Source: Octopus vulgaris (Eukaryota). From it: DNA of 64,000 nucleotides. The position numbers and the translations under genes were made by a program. The notes beneath the pieces are model-generated. The model did not search any database and was not told where the DNA came from. It was given only the letters and a program-made list of their open reading frames with translations. Location: positions 80,662,001 to 80,726,000 of the forward strand of contig OX597814.1 of the NCBI GenBank assembly GCA_951406725.2, written 5' to 3'. Shown piece after piece: positions 52,111 to 64,000 of this stretch. Within the stretch, counting starts at the first letter, position 1, and every line of letters begins with the position of its first letter.

Positions 52111-54629
52111 TGTGTGTACAAGGGATCATTCTTTTAAAATTCTAAAAGAAGGATGTTTGGAAATTTAAACAAGATTAATAGCAACAACAGCAACATCAAA
52201 AAAATAACAAGAATTAATGAATAAAATTAACAACTGAATAAAAAAAAAGAAATAACATGTAACATAATCCCATTAAAGTTTTACCTTTTAATTAATAAAT
52301 GGTAAAATCAAAGAAGAAAAATGTAAAACAGAGGAATTGAATTAAGATAGATCTATCAACAACAAAAATAGAAAAAAACAATGTGTAGAACATTCCAGAT
52401 CTTTGTTTGGATGGATTGAACTAAGGATATTTTAAAGGAAGCTAGCATTTATACTCAGAAATTTTTTCCTTTAAATTGTTCAATTTTTTAATGAATTTTT
52501 TTTTATCAAATTGTTTTATTTTATTTTTGCTTATTTTCATAGAATTTTTAGCAGTTGTTATTATTATTATTATTATCATTGTTGTTATTGCTGTCGTTGT
52601 TATTTGTATCGTTCAATGGGTTACGTTGTGGCAGTTGTTCTAGTTGTTGTTGCTGTTTTTGATATTACCTTACCATTGTTGTGTCTGTTGTTTTTGTTGT
52701 TGTTGCTGCTACTGCTGTTGATCCTGCTACCCTTGTAGTTGTTGCTCTTGTTGTTCTTGTTTCCGTTGTTGTTGTTGGTGGTGGTGGTGATGTTGTTGGT
52801 AGCAGCAGTGGTGGTGGTAGCAATGGTAGTGGCAGTGATAGATTATGCTTCTACAGAGTCATTAAAGTGCTATATCGAATGAACCTTTTGCAATTCTTGT
52901 CCAAACATCCTGTGCTCAAGAGTTCAAATCCTGCTGAAGTCAACTTTGCTTTTCATCTTTTCAAGGCCAAAGAATAAAGTATCAGTCATATATTGAGGAA
53001 GAACTATTCTCTCTCTCTCTCTCTCTTTCTCTTTCTCTCTCTTTTTCTCTCGCTCTCTCTCTCTCTCTCTTTCTTTCTCTCGCTCTCTCTCTCTCTTTCT
53101 CTCTCTGTATAGAGCAAAATAGGATCTTGGAAGACTACTATGCATGTATGTTTTTGTCCTGCTGATTTCACAAATCAACTGATAAACCCAATGTAGCTTT
53201 AATGAATCTTTAGTAATTGTGCAGAGTAATAGAGATATTTATAATGGTGAACAAGCAAGGAGGAAGACCACTTGGGTGAGATAGATACCTAGCTCTTGTA
53301 AAAATGTCTGTCATGAACAGTGGTTTTCAACAGGATTCACATACACACACATACACACCTAGAGATCTCAAAGGGGCTGCCCATGAGCTAACAGCAGCAG
53401 ACAATTGTGAGGTCCTGATTAAGCATACTATGAAGAAAAATAACATATTCCATTTGAGAGAATAAAGTGACCAAGTGTATGAGATATTGGACTCCCAGCT
53501 TATTGGTGTTCAGCTCATATCCACTGAAAAGTTTTTCATTAGGTATTTGAACAATAGATTTGATTCTGTATTGACCAGAGGTATCAGATCCTCTGGAAAT
53601 ATTATATCAAGGATAATGGATAGGCATCTTATTAAGAATAAAGGAAATTTAATTTATTTTTCAACTCTTAGCAACAGATCGATAAAAAGACTGTGGTATT
53701 AGAAAACAAAAATGCCTTACTGTATTTACTATCAGCTCTTTCTATTCTGAGTTCAATTTTCACTGATCAACTTTGACTTTTATCTTTCATTCAGTTTTAG
53801 AAAAAGGTAAAATCGGACAGAACTTATGGGATGACCTGATACATTTTTGCCATGTCATTCATAGTCATTCCCATCTTCTTCTTTTTCCATATTCATTTCC
53901 ATCATTTCACTCACTCAGTCAGTTTTATCCTTCTTCAACACATGACTTATCCATTTCATCTTCACAGCATCCATCATTAGCTCAGTCCCCATCATTCTCT
54001 GAACTTCATTATTTACCTTCCTCACCTCTCTCTCTCTCTTTCTCTCCCCCTCCCCCCCCCTCTCTCTCTCAGTGACACTTCACATATTCATTTCTAGCCT
54101 TCTGTTAACCTTGAATTATATAGAATTCTATTAAGAAGATCAGGTACATAGTTCCACACAGAATATAATACATTGCTGAAATGCACAAAAAAGTATCTGC
54201 AGTGGATTTGAGCTAAACACCAATAAGCTCATAGTCTTACATATCCACTTGGCTTCCACTTATCTTCTATATAGTTTCAGTGATGGTATGTATTCAACAT
54301 CATTTATCATTCAGTTGGCCAGCTGGCAGGATAACACCCAAACGCAGCAGCGAGTTTTCAGCATTTGCCAATTTTTGGGTAGTAAAGATATTTTGATAGT
54401 AGAAAGCCAATCCTTCTAATAAACATTCGACTGTGAAATAAGAAATTACACCTAATTTGTGGAGCTGTTTTTTTTTGTCTTGGTAGTTTATGTAGGCATT
54501 ATTTATTGCTCTGCGTATATTTATGCATGATGGTCACTAGTTTTCCATTAGTATTCCCTTAAAAATCTGAGACTTTCTGTCTGCGTAAGACAATTCTTGT
54601 ACTCCTGTTTATCGATACACATAAATTTA

Positions 54630-55272
54630 TCAGCAACACCATCATCATCATCATTATCATCAACAGCATCATCATCATCACCAGCAGCAGCAACATCAAT
54701 ACCAGCATCATCATCAGCATCATCAACATCATCAACAGCAGCAACATCAGCATCATCGTCGTCGTCGTCGTCATCATTGCCATCACCACCGTCATCACCA
54801 TCATCTTGTTTCATCTTGTTTCATCATCATCATCTTCATCATCATCATCATCATCATCATCATAAAAACAGCAGTATCAGCAACATCACCAGCAGCATCA
54901 TTATCGTCATCGTCAGCTGCAGCAGCAACAGCAGCAGCAACATCATCATCATCATCATCATCAACATCAACAACAACATCATCATAAAAACAGCAACATC
55001 AGCAACATCACCCGCATCATCATTGTTGTCATCAACATCATCACCATTACTGTCAGCAACAACAAAAGTTTATCATTCAAATCATGAGCATCAACATCAT
55101 CACCACAACCATTATCCTTGTCAACGTCATGCACACACTGTGCTTCTTCCTCTACATCTTCTTCATTATCATCATCACCATCACCATAATTATTAACATA
55201 ATCAATCTCAGTATAAAATCCATTTCTGCCACTACCGCAATGAATACCGCCACCACCACCACCACTACCCCC
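54630..55272. repeat. (CAT)/(CAG)/(CAC) cryptic trinucleotide tract
   Basis: Direct inspection. Confidence 0.9.
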
Positions 55273-55929
55273 TACCAGTTATATTATTTAGATGACAAGC
55301 CAGCAATGTGGCTGGACCCTTTCCCAATTTAAGTTGTTCCTGGCTATTTTCCATGACAATTCTTATTTATGTTTTCCCTCCCTTGCTGTCTTATTTCCTT
55401 CCTTCTTTTCTTTCTTTCTTTTTTCCTTTCTTTCTTTCTTTCTTTCTTTCGACTGATCATTGCCTATTTTTCCTTTCACTCATTTCTTCCACAGGAACTT
55501 GTATAGAAAGTTCGCCAGATGCATGCAGCAAATGAAACCAAATTTTTTTTTACAGTAACATCCATTCTATTTTAACAGACACACATACATTCACACACAC
55601 ACACACGCACACACACGCAGACACACACACATGCAAACTCAGACAGACACACACACATAAATACATGATTTGCATTCTAATTCTGGGAAGGATAATATTT
55701 GTATAGAAGTTTCTCATTTATGGAGGTTTTCCTGCACATATATACTCAGAGGACATGCGTTTGAAAAGTTTAATCAAAGCACTCACACACTAGGACAAAA
55801 TCACCTTCTCCAAAGAAGTTAATAACACCCTGATATAAACATTTTATAGCATTTAAAAAAATAATTTTTTTTTAAAATGATCCTCTTTATACATAAAAAC
55901 TGTATTAAGTAATTTTCGCAAAGACTTTC

Positions 55930-56092
55930 AAACACACACACACACATATATGTAAATATATATGTATGAATGTATGTATGTATGTATGTATGTATGTATG
56001 TATGTATGTATGTATGTATGTATGTATGCATACATACATATATATATATATAAATATATATATATACATGTATATATGTATATATATATGTG

Positions 56093-56124
<32 letters not shown>

Positions 56125-56179
56125 TACATATATATATATATATGTATATGTATGTGTGTGTACATGTATATATAAATAC

Positions 56180-56212
<33 letters not shown>

Positions 56213-56325
56213 TATATATAAATATACATCTATATGTATACATATATATATATGAATATATATACATATATGTATAAATATATATATATATGTGTGTGTA
56301 TATATATATATACACACACACACAC

Positions 56326-56389
<64 letters not shown>

Positions 56390-56428
56390 CATCATCATCA
56401 TCATCATCATCAAAACGGATGCTAAATG

Positions 56429-56513
<85 letters not shown>

Positions 56514-56568
56514 TATACATACATACATATACATATATATGTGTGTATACATATATGAATATATATAG
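55930..56568. repeat. TA/TATG/CA compound microsatellite
   Basis: Direct inspection. Confidence 0.95.
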
Positions 56569-56569
56569 A

Positions 56570-57295
56570 TGTGCGTATTTTCCCCTTGTTAACAATTAAC
56601 ATGGAAAAAGTAGATAAATACTTACCAGGGTAGCAAAAAATCACACTAGTAAAAAGGTTGTGACTCCTTGTTTTTAAAGGTAGAAACTTCAGATATACGT
56701 GAAATATTTTGTATAATATATATATGAATAAATAAACGGAGTTAAACACAGGTGTTATTCAAATTCTTTTACTTCCAACACATGTTTCGAAGATATCATT
56801 TGTATTATTCCAATGGAATAAAATGGTGTAAAACAATGTAATCTCTTCAGGGAAATGACGAAACGAAACTCGTCAATAAGACATTTTAACAGAAAATGAA
56901 GGATATGTATAGTAATTAATTGAACGCTATTTAGTTTGTTTCAAAAAAAACATTAGAGGATATAACATCAAAGGTAGCCTATAGAAAGAGGAAAGAAAGA
57001 CCAAATAAATGTGAAGTATATAACTATATGTATATTAAATAAAACCATATAAACTTGGAAAAAGATATATCTATTGAATATGAAATGGAAGAAGAAAATT
57101 AATGTTTAAACTATATATAATGATAGATATCACTTATATGAACTAAAGGTGTGTTTCTGCCAATGTTTACATCAATTTCAGCAAAGATTTACAATGCATA
57201 ACTACTCAATCAAATCCAACCTCAAATTGAAAGAGTTCTTAGGAAAAATCAAAATGGTCAAATTCTCACCGTTAAGAGGATGTTTTTGACAGACA
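56570..57295 (-). mobile_element. 5'-truncated Penelope-like element: GIY-YIG C-terminal remnant plus hammerhead (56773-56854)
   Basis: KHPLNGENLTIL...LRLDLIE*LCI resembles the H..F.IL..L..E.L.I end of Penelope endonucleases; ttcc-CTGAAGA...GAAA-catgtg-TT-ggaa; flanked by (TA)n and (TAGA)n. Confidence 0.6.
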
Positions 57296-57306
57296 GACAA
57301 ATAGAA

Positions 57307-57409
<103 letters not shown>

Positions 57410-57577
57410 TGCTTCACACCAACTCAGTGTGAATCAGAAGAACTGAAATAAATCTTGTACCCTTGTGTTACCACCTTCGTATAGAAAGACTGCATTTACA
57501 TTTTTATTTCACCCACAGCTAGGCTTTGCAACACATGCACACACACACACACACATACATATATATGTGAATATATA

Positions 57578-57736
57578 GGTGCAGTCATGAGTGTGTGGTA
57601 AGAATCTTACTTCCCAACCACATGGTTCCAGGTTCAGTCCCACTGCATGGTACCCTGGGAAAGAGCCTTCCACTATAGCCTCAGGTCAACCAAAGCCTTA
57701 TGAGAGGATTTAATAGATGGAAACTGAAAGAAGCCT

Positions 57737-57791
<55 letters not shown>

Positions 57792-58025
57792 GTATGTATA
57801 TATCTATATACATATGTCTGTGTTTGTCTCCCCATCACCGCTTGACAACCAGTATTGGTGTGTTTATATCTCGTAACTTAGCAGGTCAGCAAAAGAAACT
57901 AATAGAATAAGTACTAGGCTTTAAAACAAAAAGCTCTGGAGTCGATCTGTTTGACTAAAACCCTTCAAGGTAGTGCTCCAGCATGACTACAGTCAAATGA
58001 CTGAAACAAGTAAAATATAAAAGAA
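57578..58025 (+). mobile_element. SINE family A
   Basis: Homology to family A. Confidence 0.85.
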
Positions 58026-58029
58026 TATA

Positions 58030-59679
58030 TATATTTGTAACTGTAATGTTTTTAGCTGATAAATAATATGATAGAACATCAGAGTCATCACCAATTGTAA
58101 CGGTTGTGTTGTTATTGCAACAGCATGTTGTGAGATGTGAAAGATGAAGAGTGATTGAAGCTGTAAAGAGATATTTATTTACTGTTGCTTTGTATGTATC
58201 CAAAACCATGACAGGTTGGTATGTATAATTAGTAAATGGAAAAGCATGCGTGGTAAAAAGAGTTAATTTCAGCCGGTATGTGTGTACACATTCTCATAGT
58301 AGCTTATAGAGAGGGATATGGTAATGTTACATAGTCACCGATTGTAACTTTCTTTTTTCCTCTGGCCATTTTGTCTCAAGTGGCTGCCTGCTTGTGGCCA
58401 TGTCTCTAGTTGTCTGTTCACTAATTTGGCCTTGTCAAATTCTAGTATTTATAACTATCCAAAACTAGTTAGAAAGATGGACATATTGTTGAGAAGAATA
58501 GATTTCATTGATAGTCTGTTATCTCTATTCTAGCTATTGGTGTCATAGAAGAGGTTAGAAGTGTCAAGTGGTGAAGACATTATTCCGACTTAGCGAAGGC
58601 ATCTAGTAAATGTAGCTGGTGTCATTCACAGAAAACTATTGTTTTACCGTGAGAAAAGTGTTGTTGAAGTGTTAAGTGAAATTTGGCTATCGAGGATCAA
58701 ATCCGAGCTATGAAGCCACTACATGTAGTTTTAAATTTATAATTAAATTAGATAAACTTTGATAAACTTAGATATATTTCGACTAAAGATTGGTCCAGGC
58801 CATGTCTAATTTAATAGCATAACTTAGTTATTTCTTTAAATTGATATTCGCTAGTTATTCCCATTGATAATTATATTTATAGTATTTATAGTATTTATTC
58901 AATACTATATTACTACGAATTGATTATTTCTATAAGTTTTTTACATAAGATTTCCGAAAGTTTGTTTAAGTTTCTTTATTTGCATTTTGAAATTAGCTAT
59001 TTCATCTTTAAATATGAAAAATTAATTTATTAGGTTTTTATTATATGTGCATATATATTTATTTATAGAGATTATTTTAGATCTTAATTTTAATATTTAT
59101 ATATATTTATATATTTTCATTGATAATTTATATATATTAGTCATTTTTGAATATTTATGTAATTAGATTTAGACTAATACCGATATTAGATTATTGGTGG
59201 GTTTCCTACCTTATAAATTAAAATTAATATTTAACATTATAGTCGATTTTGATATAATCATAATTGTTAAGTTTTATGTTTCTAGTTTGATAATAGAGTT
59301 TATTATAAGTAAAATTATTATATTATTTATATCTTAAAAATATTGTTTAAATATTTCTGATTATATTTTAGATATTTCAATTAACCTGAAGATTGACTGT
59401 AACCATAACTCGAATTATTACGAATTGTACAGCCATGAAACGATCGTAGTGTTTTACTCTTTATCTTTTATTAAACTTTTAATACTTTTGATATATATTT
59501 AAAATAATATATATTAATTAATTTTATGTATTGGCTTATGTTTTTCATTGTTTGATTTGCTTAATAGTGGTTTTATCTCTAATTTAATATAACATAATAT
59601 AATATATTTTATTATAAAATTGGATTTAATCCTAAATCTGATTTTTTCCCCGTAAGTTTGGATTTATTCCCTAATATTT

Positions 59680-59685
<6 letters not shown>
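58030..59685 (+). mobile_element. decayed Penelope-like element with hammerhead (59383-59451) ending in (TA)n
   Basis: CVYTFS-like GIY-YIG start near 58280; GHIVEKNRF; LSEGI; CTGAAGA-stem II-GAAA-cgatcg-TA. Confidence 0.55.
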
Positions 59686-59726
<41 letters not shown>

Positions 59727-59727
<1 letters not shown>

Positions 59728-60077
59728 CTCTCTTTACTCTTTTACTTGTTTCAGTCATGTAACTGTGGCCATGCTAGAGCACCACCTTCAGTCAAGCAAG
59801 TCAATCCCAGGACTTATTCTTTGTAAGCCTAGTACTTATTCTATCAGTCTCTTTTGCCGAACCTCTAAGTTATGGGGACGTAAACACACCAGCATCGGTT
59901 GTCAAACGATGTTGGGGGGACAAACACAGACACAAACATAAACACACACATACATACACATATATACATATATACGATGGGCTTCTTTCAGTTTCCGTCT
60001 ACCAAATCCACTCACAAGACTGAACCCGGAACCATGTAGTTTGTAAGCAAGCTACTTACCACACAGTCACTCCTACG

Positions 60078-60080
<3 letters not shown>
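59727..60080 (-). mobile_element. SINE family A (internal deletion)
   Basis: Homology to family A. Confidence 0.85.
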
Positions 60081-60131
<51 letters not shown>

Positions 60132-60330
60132 TGCGCATGCATTGTGTGTGTGTGTGAATACACACACACAGTGATGGGCTAAAATGCATGACAAATTACA
60201 ATATGACTGAGAGCTCAAATATCCAAGTTCCATTAAACTTCAGTGCTCATGTAATCTATCGTATGAAATGGAATAAATACATAGAAACAAGAGCCTCGTA
60301 TAGTTGAAATAAACATAGAAAACGGATTTA

Positions 60331-61979
60331 CAGGCTTGGCCAAAAGTATTAGGACACCACAATGTTTTGGGAATCTGCTATCTCAATGTTAATGGAACTC
60401 GTGCACATGATAGATTATGGTTATATTTCACAATATACATTAGTTTTAATATCTGGTTGATCCTCCTTTAATATCAGTTACCGCTTTTATACAGTTAAGC
60501 ATTGAATCGACTAGTTTCTTGCAGGTGCTAGGCGCAATTTTACTCCACTCTTCTCTCAACTTTTGGTACAAATGCTCTTCATTTTTAATTGTTCTGTTCC
60601 TAATTTCTGATAACTTCACCAAGAGTTCCCCATAGGTGTACGATTGGATTTAGATCAGGACTTAGAGCTGGCCAGTCCATAGGAACAATACTCTGTGTCT
60701 CAAACCATTGATGAGTATTCTTTGCGGTACGGCATGGAGAGTTGTCCTGTTGAAAGATAACACAGTTTTTCAACACTCCTGGATGCAATTTAGCAACTGA
60801 TTGCTCTAAAACATCTGATAACATAGAAACATAGGTTGCTGAATTTATCCTTCCCTGACATAAAAATATTTCTCCATGACAAACAAGCAGGCCTACACCA
60901 TGATAGAACCACCCCCATGTTTTATGGTTGGCACTAGACATTCAGCCTTAAATGCTTTCCCAACTCTGAGATGCACGAAAGTTGCACCAGAAGTACCGAA
61001 AACCTGAGTAAAAACACGAAAATAGTATTAGCTTTATGTTGGATACTTTTTTTAAATATATTTTGGGCAATAAACCAGTTACATTAAGTTGCTATGTTGA
61101 TTGGATACATGTACTATCTTACCTCATAGTCACTTTCATCAGACCATATGACTTTCGACTATTGCTCACTGGTCCAATTTGAGTGGTTTTCAACACTCCT
61201 GGATGCAATTTAGCAACTGATTGCTCTAAAACATCTGATAACATAGAAACATAGGTTGCTGAATTTATCCTTCCCTGACATAAAAATATTTCTCACTGAA
61301 GACGATTTTCCATATTTGCTTCAGAAACTCACGGCTTCTTCCTGGCTTTACAGCCTTTCAGACTGAACTTTACACGCCTTCTTCTAACAGTTCTGGTTGA
61401 TATTTGTGAAGTACTAGCCTTGTTGAAGTTTGCACAGATCTCTGACGATGTTTTTCTTCTGTTTCTGAGCGATTGACGGATGATGGAGCTGTCATCACAA
61501 GGTGATGTAACTTTTTTCTGCTTGTTCTTTGTATTGTCTTCACATCTTCTGTCTCTCTGATGTGCTTAAGAGTCGTTTGCACTGCACATCGAGAACATTT
61601 TATTTTCTGAGCAATTTGCCTTTGAGACATTCCATCTTCACGATGAGCTACGATTTGACCTCGCTCATGCTCACTCAACTCCCTTGTTTTAGACATTTTA
61701 CTGTTTATTAACTGTATCTACAATGTATTTTAGCTTAAAACTCTAAAATAATCAAGGAAACATAAGTTTAATTTGGACGTTGGTCTTACTCATAATTGGT
61801 TGCATATGTACAGTACAGTATAAAAGCGGCAATTGATGCTAAAGGAGGGTCAAGCAGATATTAAAACTAATTATATATCGTGAAATATACCATAATCTAC
61901 CATGTGCACGAGTTTCATTAACATTGAGATAGCAGAACCCCAAAACATTGGGGTGGCCTAATACTTTTGGCCAAAGCTG
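60331..61979 (-). mobile_element. Tc1-family transposon with ~140-bp TIRs and an intron-containing, disrupted transposase (ATG 61696)
   Basis: TA TSD; TIRs 60331-60470 / 61840-61979; MSKTRELSEHERGQIV, VIWSDES, KHGGGSIMV, FQQDN, WPALSPDLNPI. Confidence 0.92.
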
Positions 61980-62519
61980 TATATACTTATAAAAAGCAAA
62001 GTTTGTATGTTGACCACTGATTTCACTAAATAAAATTAATAATAAGTTAGGTCCTTTTGTGTTTTCAACTAATCTGCCCAATGTGGATTTCTCCCCCCCT
62101 CCCCGAAAATGGGTTTTAGGGTGAGGTATATATTATCTTTACAATTTAAAGTTCAGAAGTGTGGAAGTTGTAAAGATAATTTACGAACATCTCAACTATG
62201 CTTAGGTAAAAGAACTAAAACAAATGGAGTAGCAGTGAGTGATAGTTAGACACGCTAATGCAGGCAAAGTGAGTAAAAGGTTTTGTTCTGAATTCACTGC
62301 TCTTTTAAGCAAAATAAAACTGCAATTTTTGATGGTAAATTGAATTTAGTTTATCAGTTTCACAGACATTCATATGCAAATATATATATGTAATTAAATA
62401 TTAAACTCATTTGTTTTCAAAATATTATTTCCTTTTCTAAGAATAAGATATTTTACAGATTTCATCGATCTTAGAAATGTAAACAAACATGTGCACACAC
62501 ACGCACATTCATACGTTCA

Positions 62520-62589
62520 CACATGCATAAACACATGTGTATACGTATGCACATGCAAAGTTATGTATGTATGAATGTATATACATGCG

Positions 62590-62626
<37 letters not shown>

Positions 62627-62664
62627 ACACACACACACACACACAAACATATACACATGTATAT

Positions 62665-62750
<86 letters not shown>

Positions 62751-62845
62751 ATTGTTTAACGTCTGACTTCCATGCTGGCATGGCTGGGACATATATATAT
62801 ATATATATACAGAGAAAGATAAATGCATATATGTATGTAAATATA

Positions 62846-62890
<45 letters not shown>

Positions 62891-62927
62891 CATCGTCATC
62901 ATCATCATCATCAACAAGTATAGAAGA

Positions 62928-62958
<31 letters not shown>

Positions 62959-63069
62959 TGTATGCATGTATGTATGTTTGTATGTATGTATGTATGTTTG
63001 TTTGTATGTATGTATGTATGTATGTATGTATGTATGTATGCATGCATGTATGTATGTATGTATGCATAC

Positions 63070-63102
<33 letters not shown>

Positions 63103-63170
63103 TGTATGTATGTATGTATGTATGCATGTATGTATGTATGTGTGTATGTATGTATGCATGTATGTATGCT
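62520..63170. repeat. CA/TA/GA/TATG compound microsatellite
   Basis: Direct inspection. Confidence 0.95.
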
Positions 63171-63172
63171 TA

Positions 63173-63922
63173 CAGGATTTTCAGGTTAAATTTTACAGTT
63201 GGCACGAAAGGAAAAGAAAACAATAATATTCCACCTGAAAATAGAAGTATTTTAGAAAAGCATAAACCATCAACTAGATCGTGACTGACCTTGGTGTTGC
63301 AGGCAGAACAGTCAGTGTCTTTCTTAACTGCACTCCACTCATTATAATCCACAGGTTTACAATAAGGGAAATTAGGAGACCAGAAACTGGGGCTGGTAAA
63401 GTCACAGAAATTCTCTAACTACTCCTGATTTTTTCCAGAGGTATGGCAAGGAACAAATCCTGCTGCCACACATGGCTTTCCAGCAGCAATCCTCTCCAGT
63501 CAGGGATTGACCACTGTCTCCAGCAGCTTCATATAGCCATCTGAATTGAGTCTAAGGCCCTGTTCAAAGATGTGGGCAGCATTATGTCACTCTTACTGGA
63601 GACACACTCAAAGACTATCACAGATTAGGAGAACTTGAGTTTTCATGATGTCTATGTCATATCTTAGAGCCTTTACGGTGTTCATAGAGCATCAAGCAAC
63701 AGTCCTAATATTGGCATTTTAATACCTGGTGCAAATCATCTTGATGCAGGTAACTCATTTCCAATACTCAGAGATTTCCACTCCTCTATGTTAGTTAACT
63801 TTTTCTCAAATACATCTTTAACCTTTATGCTTTCCAGTACCATTGACTGTTCACCAATATACCAAGCTGTTTCTGAAAAAAGGAAACAAAAAAGAATCAT
63901 TAAATTTAGCTCAAACTCCCTG
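63173..63922 (-). mobile_element. internally deleted DD37D/maT element
   Basis: TA TSD; TIRs; VWQQD...FWSPN...DY with roughly 37 residues between the last two Asp after frameshift correction. Confidence 0.75.
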
Positions 63923-64000
63923 TATATCTATAAGAAAAGAGTACACATGATAAAACTACAGAAATGATAGAAGAAAATGAAAAATAGATAAATGAAAATT

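Noticed and set aside
54597-55196. 199-aa Ser/His-rich ORF
   Set aside because: CAT/CAG repeat tract; reverse frames are equally open
55819-56749. Longest track ORFs (215-273 aa)
   Set aside because: TA/TATG microsatellite translations

Overview
AT-rich, repeat-dominated animal genomic DNA, almost certainly intronic or intergenic. The SINE repertoire and microsatellite load strongly suggest an octopus or other cephalopod (inference, no database search run). No intact host gene is visible; most track ORFs are microsatellite or SINE artefacts. The window holds about 40 SINE copies of at least 4 families, R4/Dong-type LINEs sitting in (TAA)n, CR1/L2 and RTE remnants, three mariners, two DD37D/maT copies, an intron-containing Tc1, a decayed Buster-type hAT and TTAA/TA MITEs, often nested. 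The most notable signal is a dispersed set of short, (TA)n-embedded, Penelope-like elements. Several carry minimal type-I hammerhead ribozyme folds with palindromic stem III, and several have long terminal inverted duplications; in one, the inversion boundary lies 5-6 nt from the predicted self-cleavage site. Other notable items are a 69-bp hairpin abutting a tRNA-like Pol III unit, a perfect 60-bp palindrome replacing a mariner end, templated insertions inside transposons, an RFX X-box and a His-rich exon or pseudogene candidate at the window start. Most repeat boundaries are approximate.
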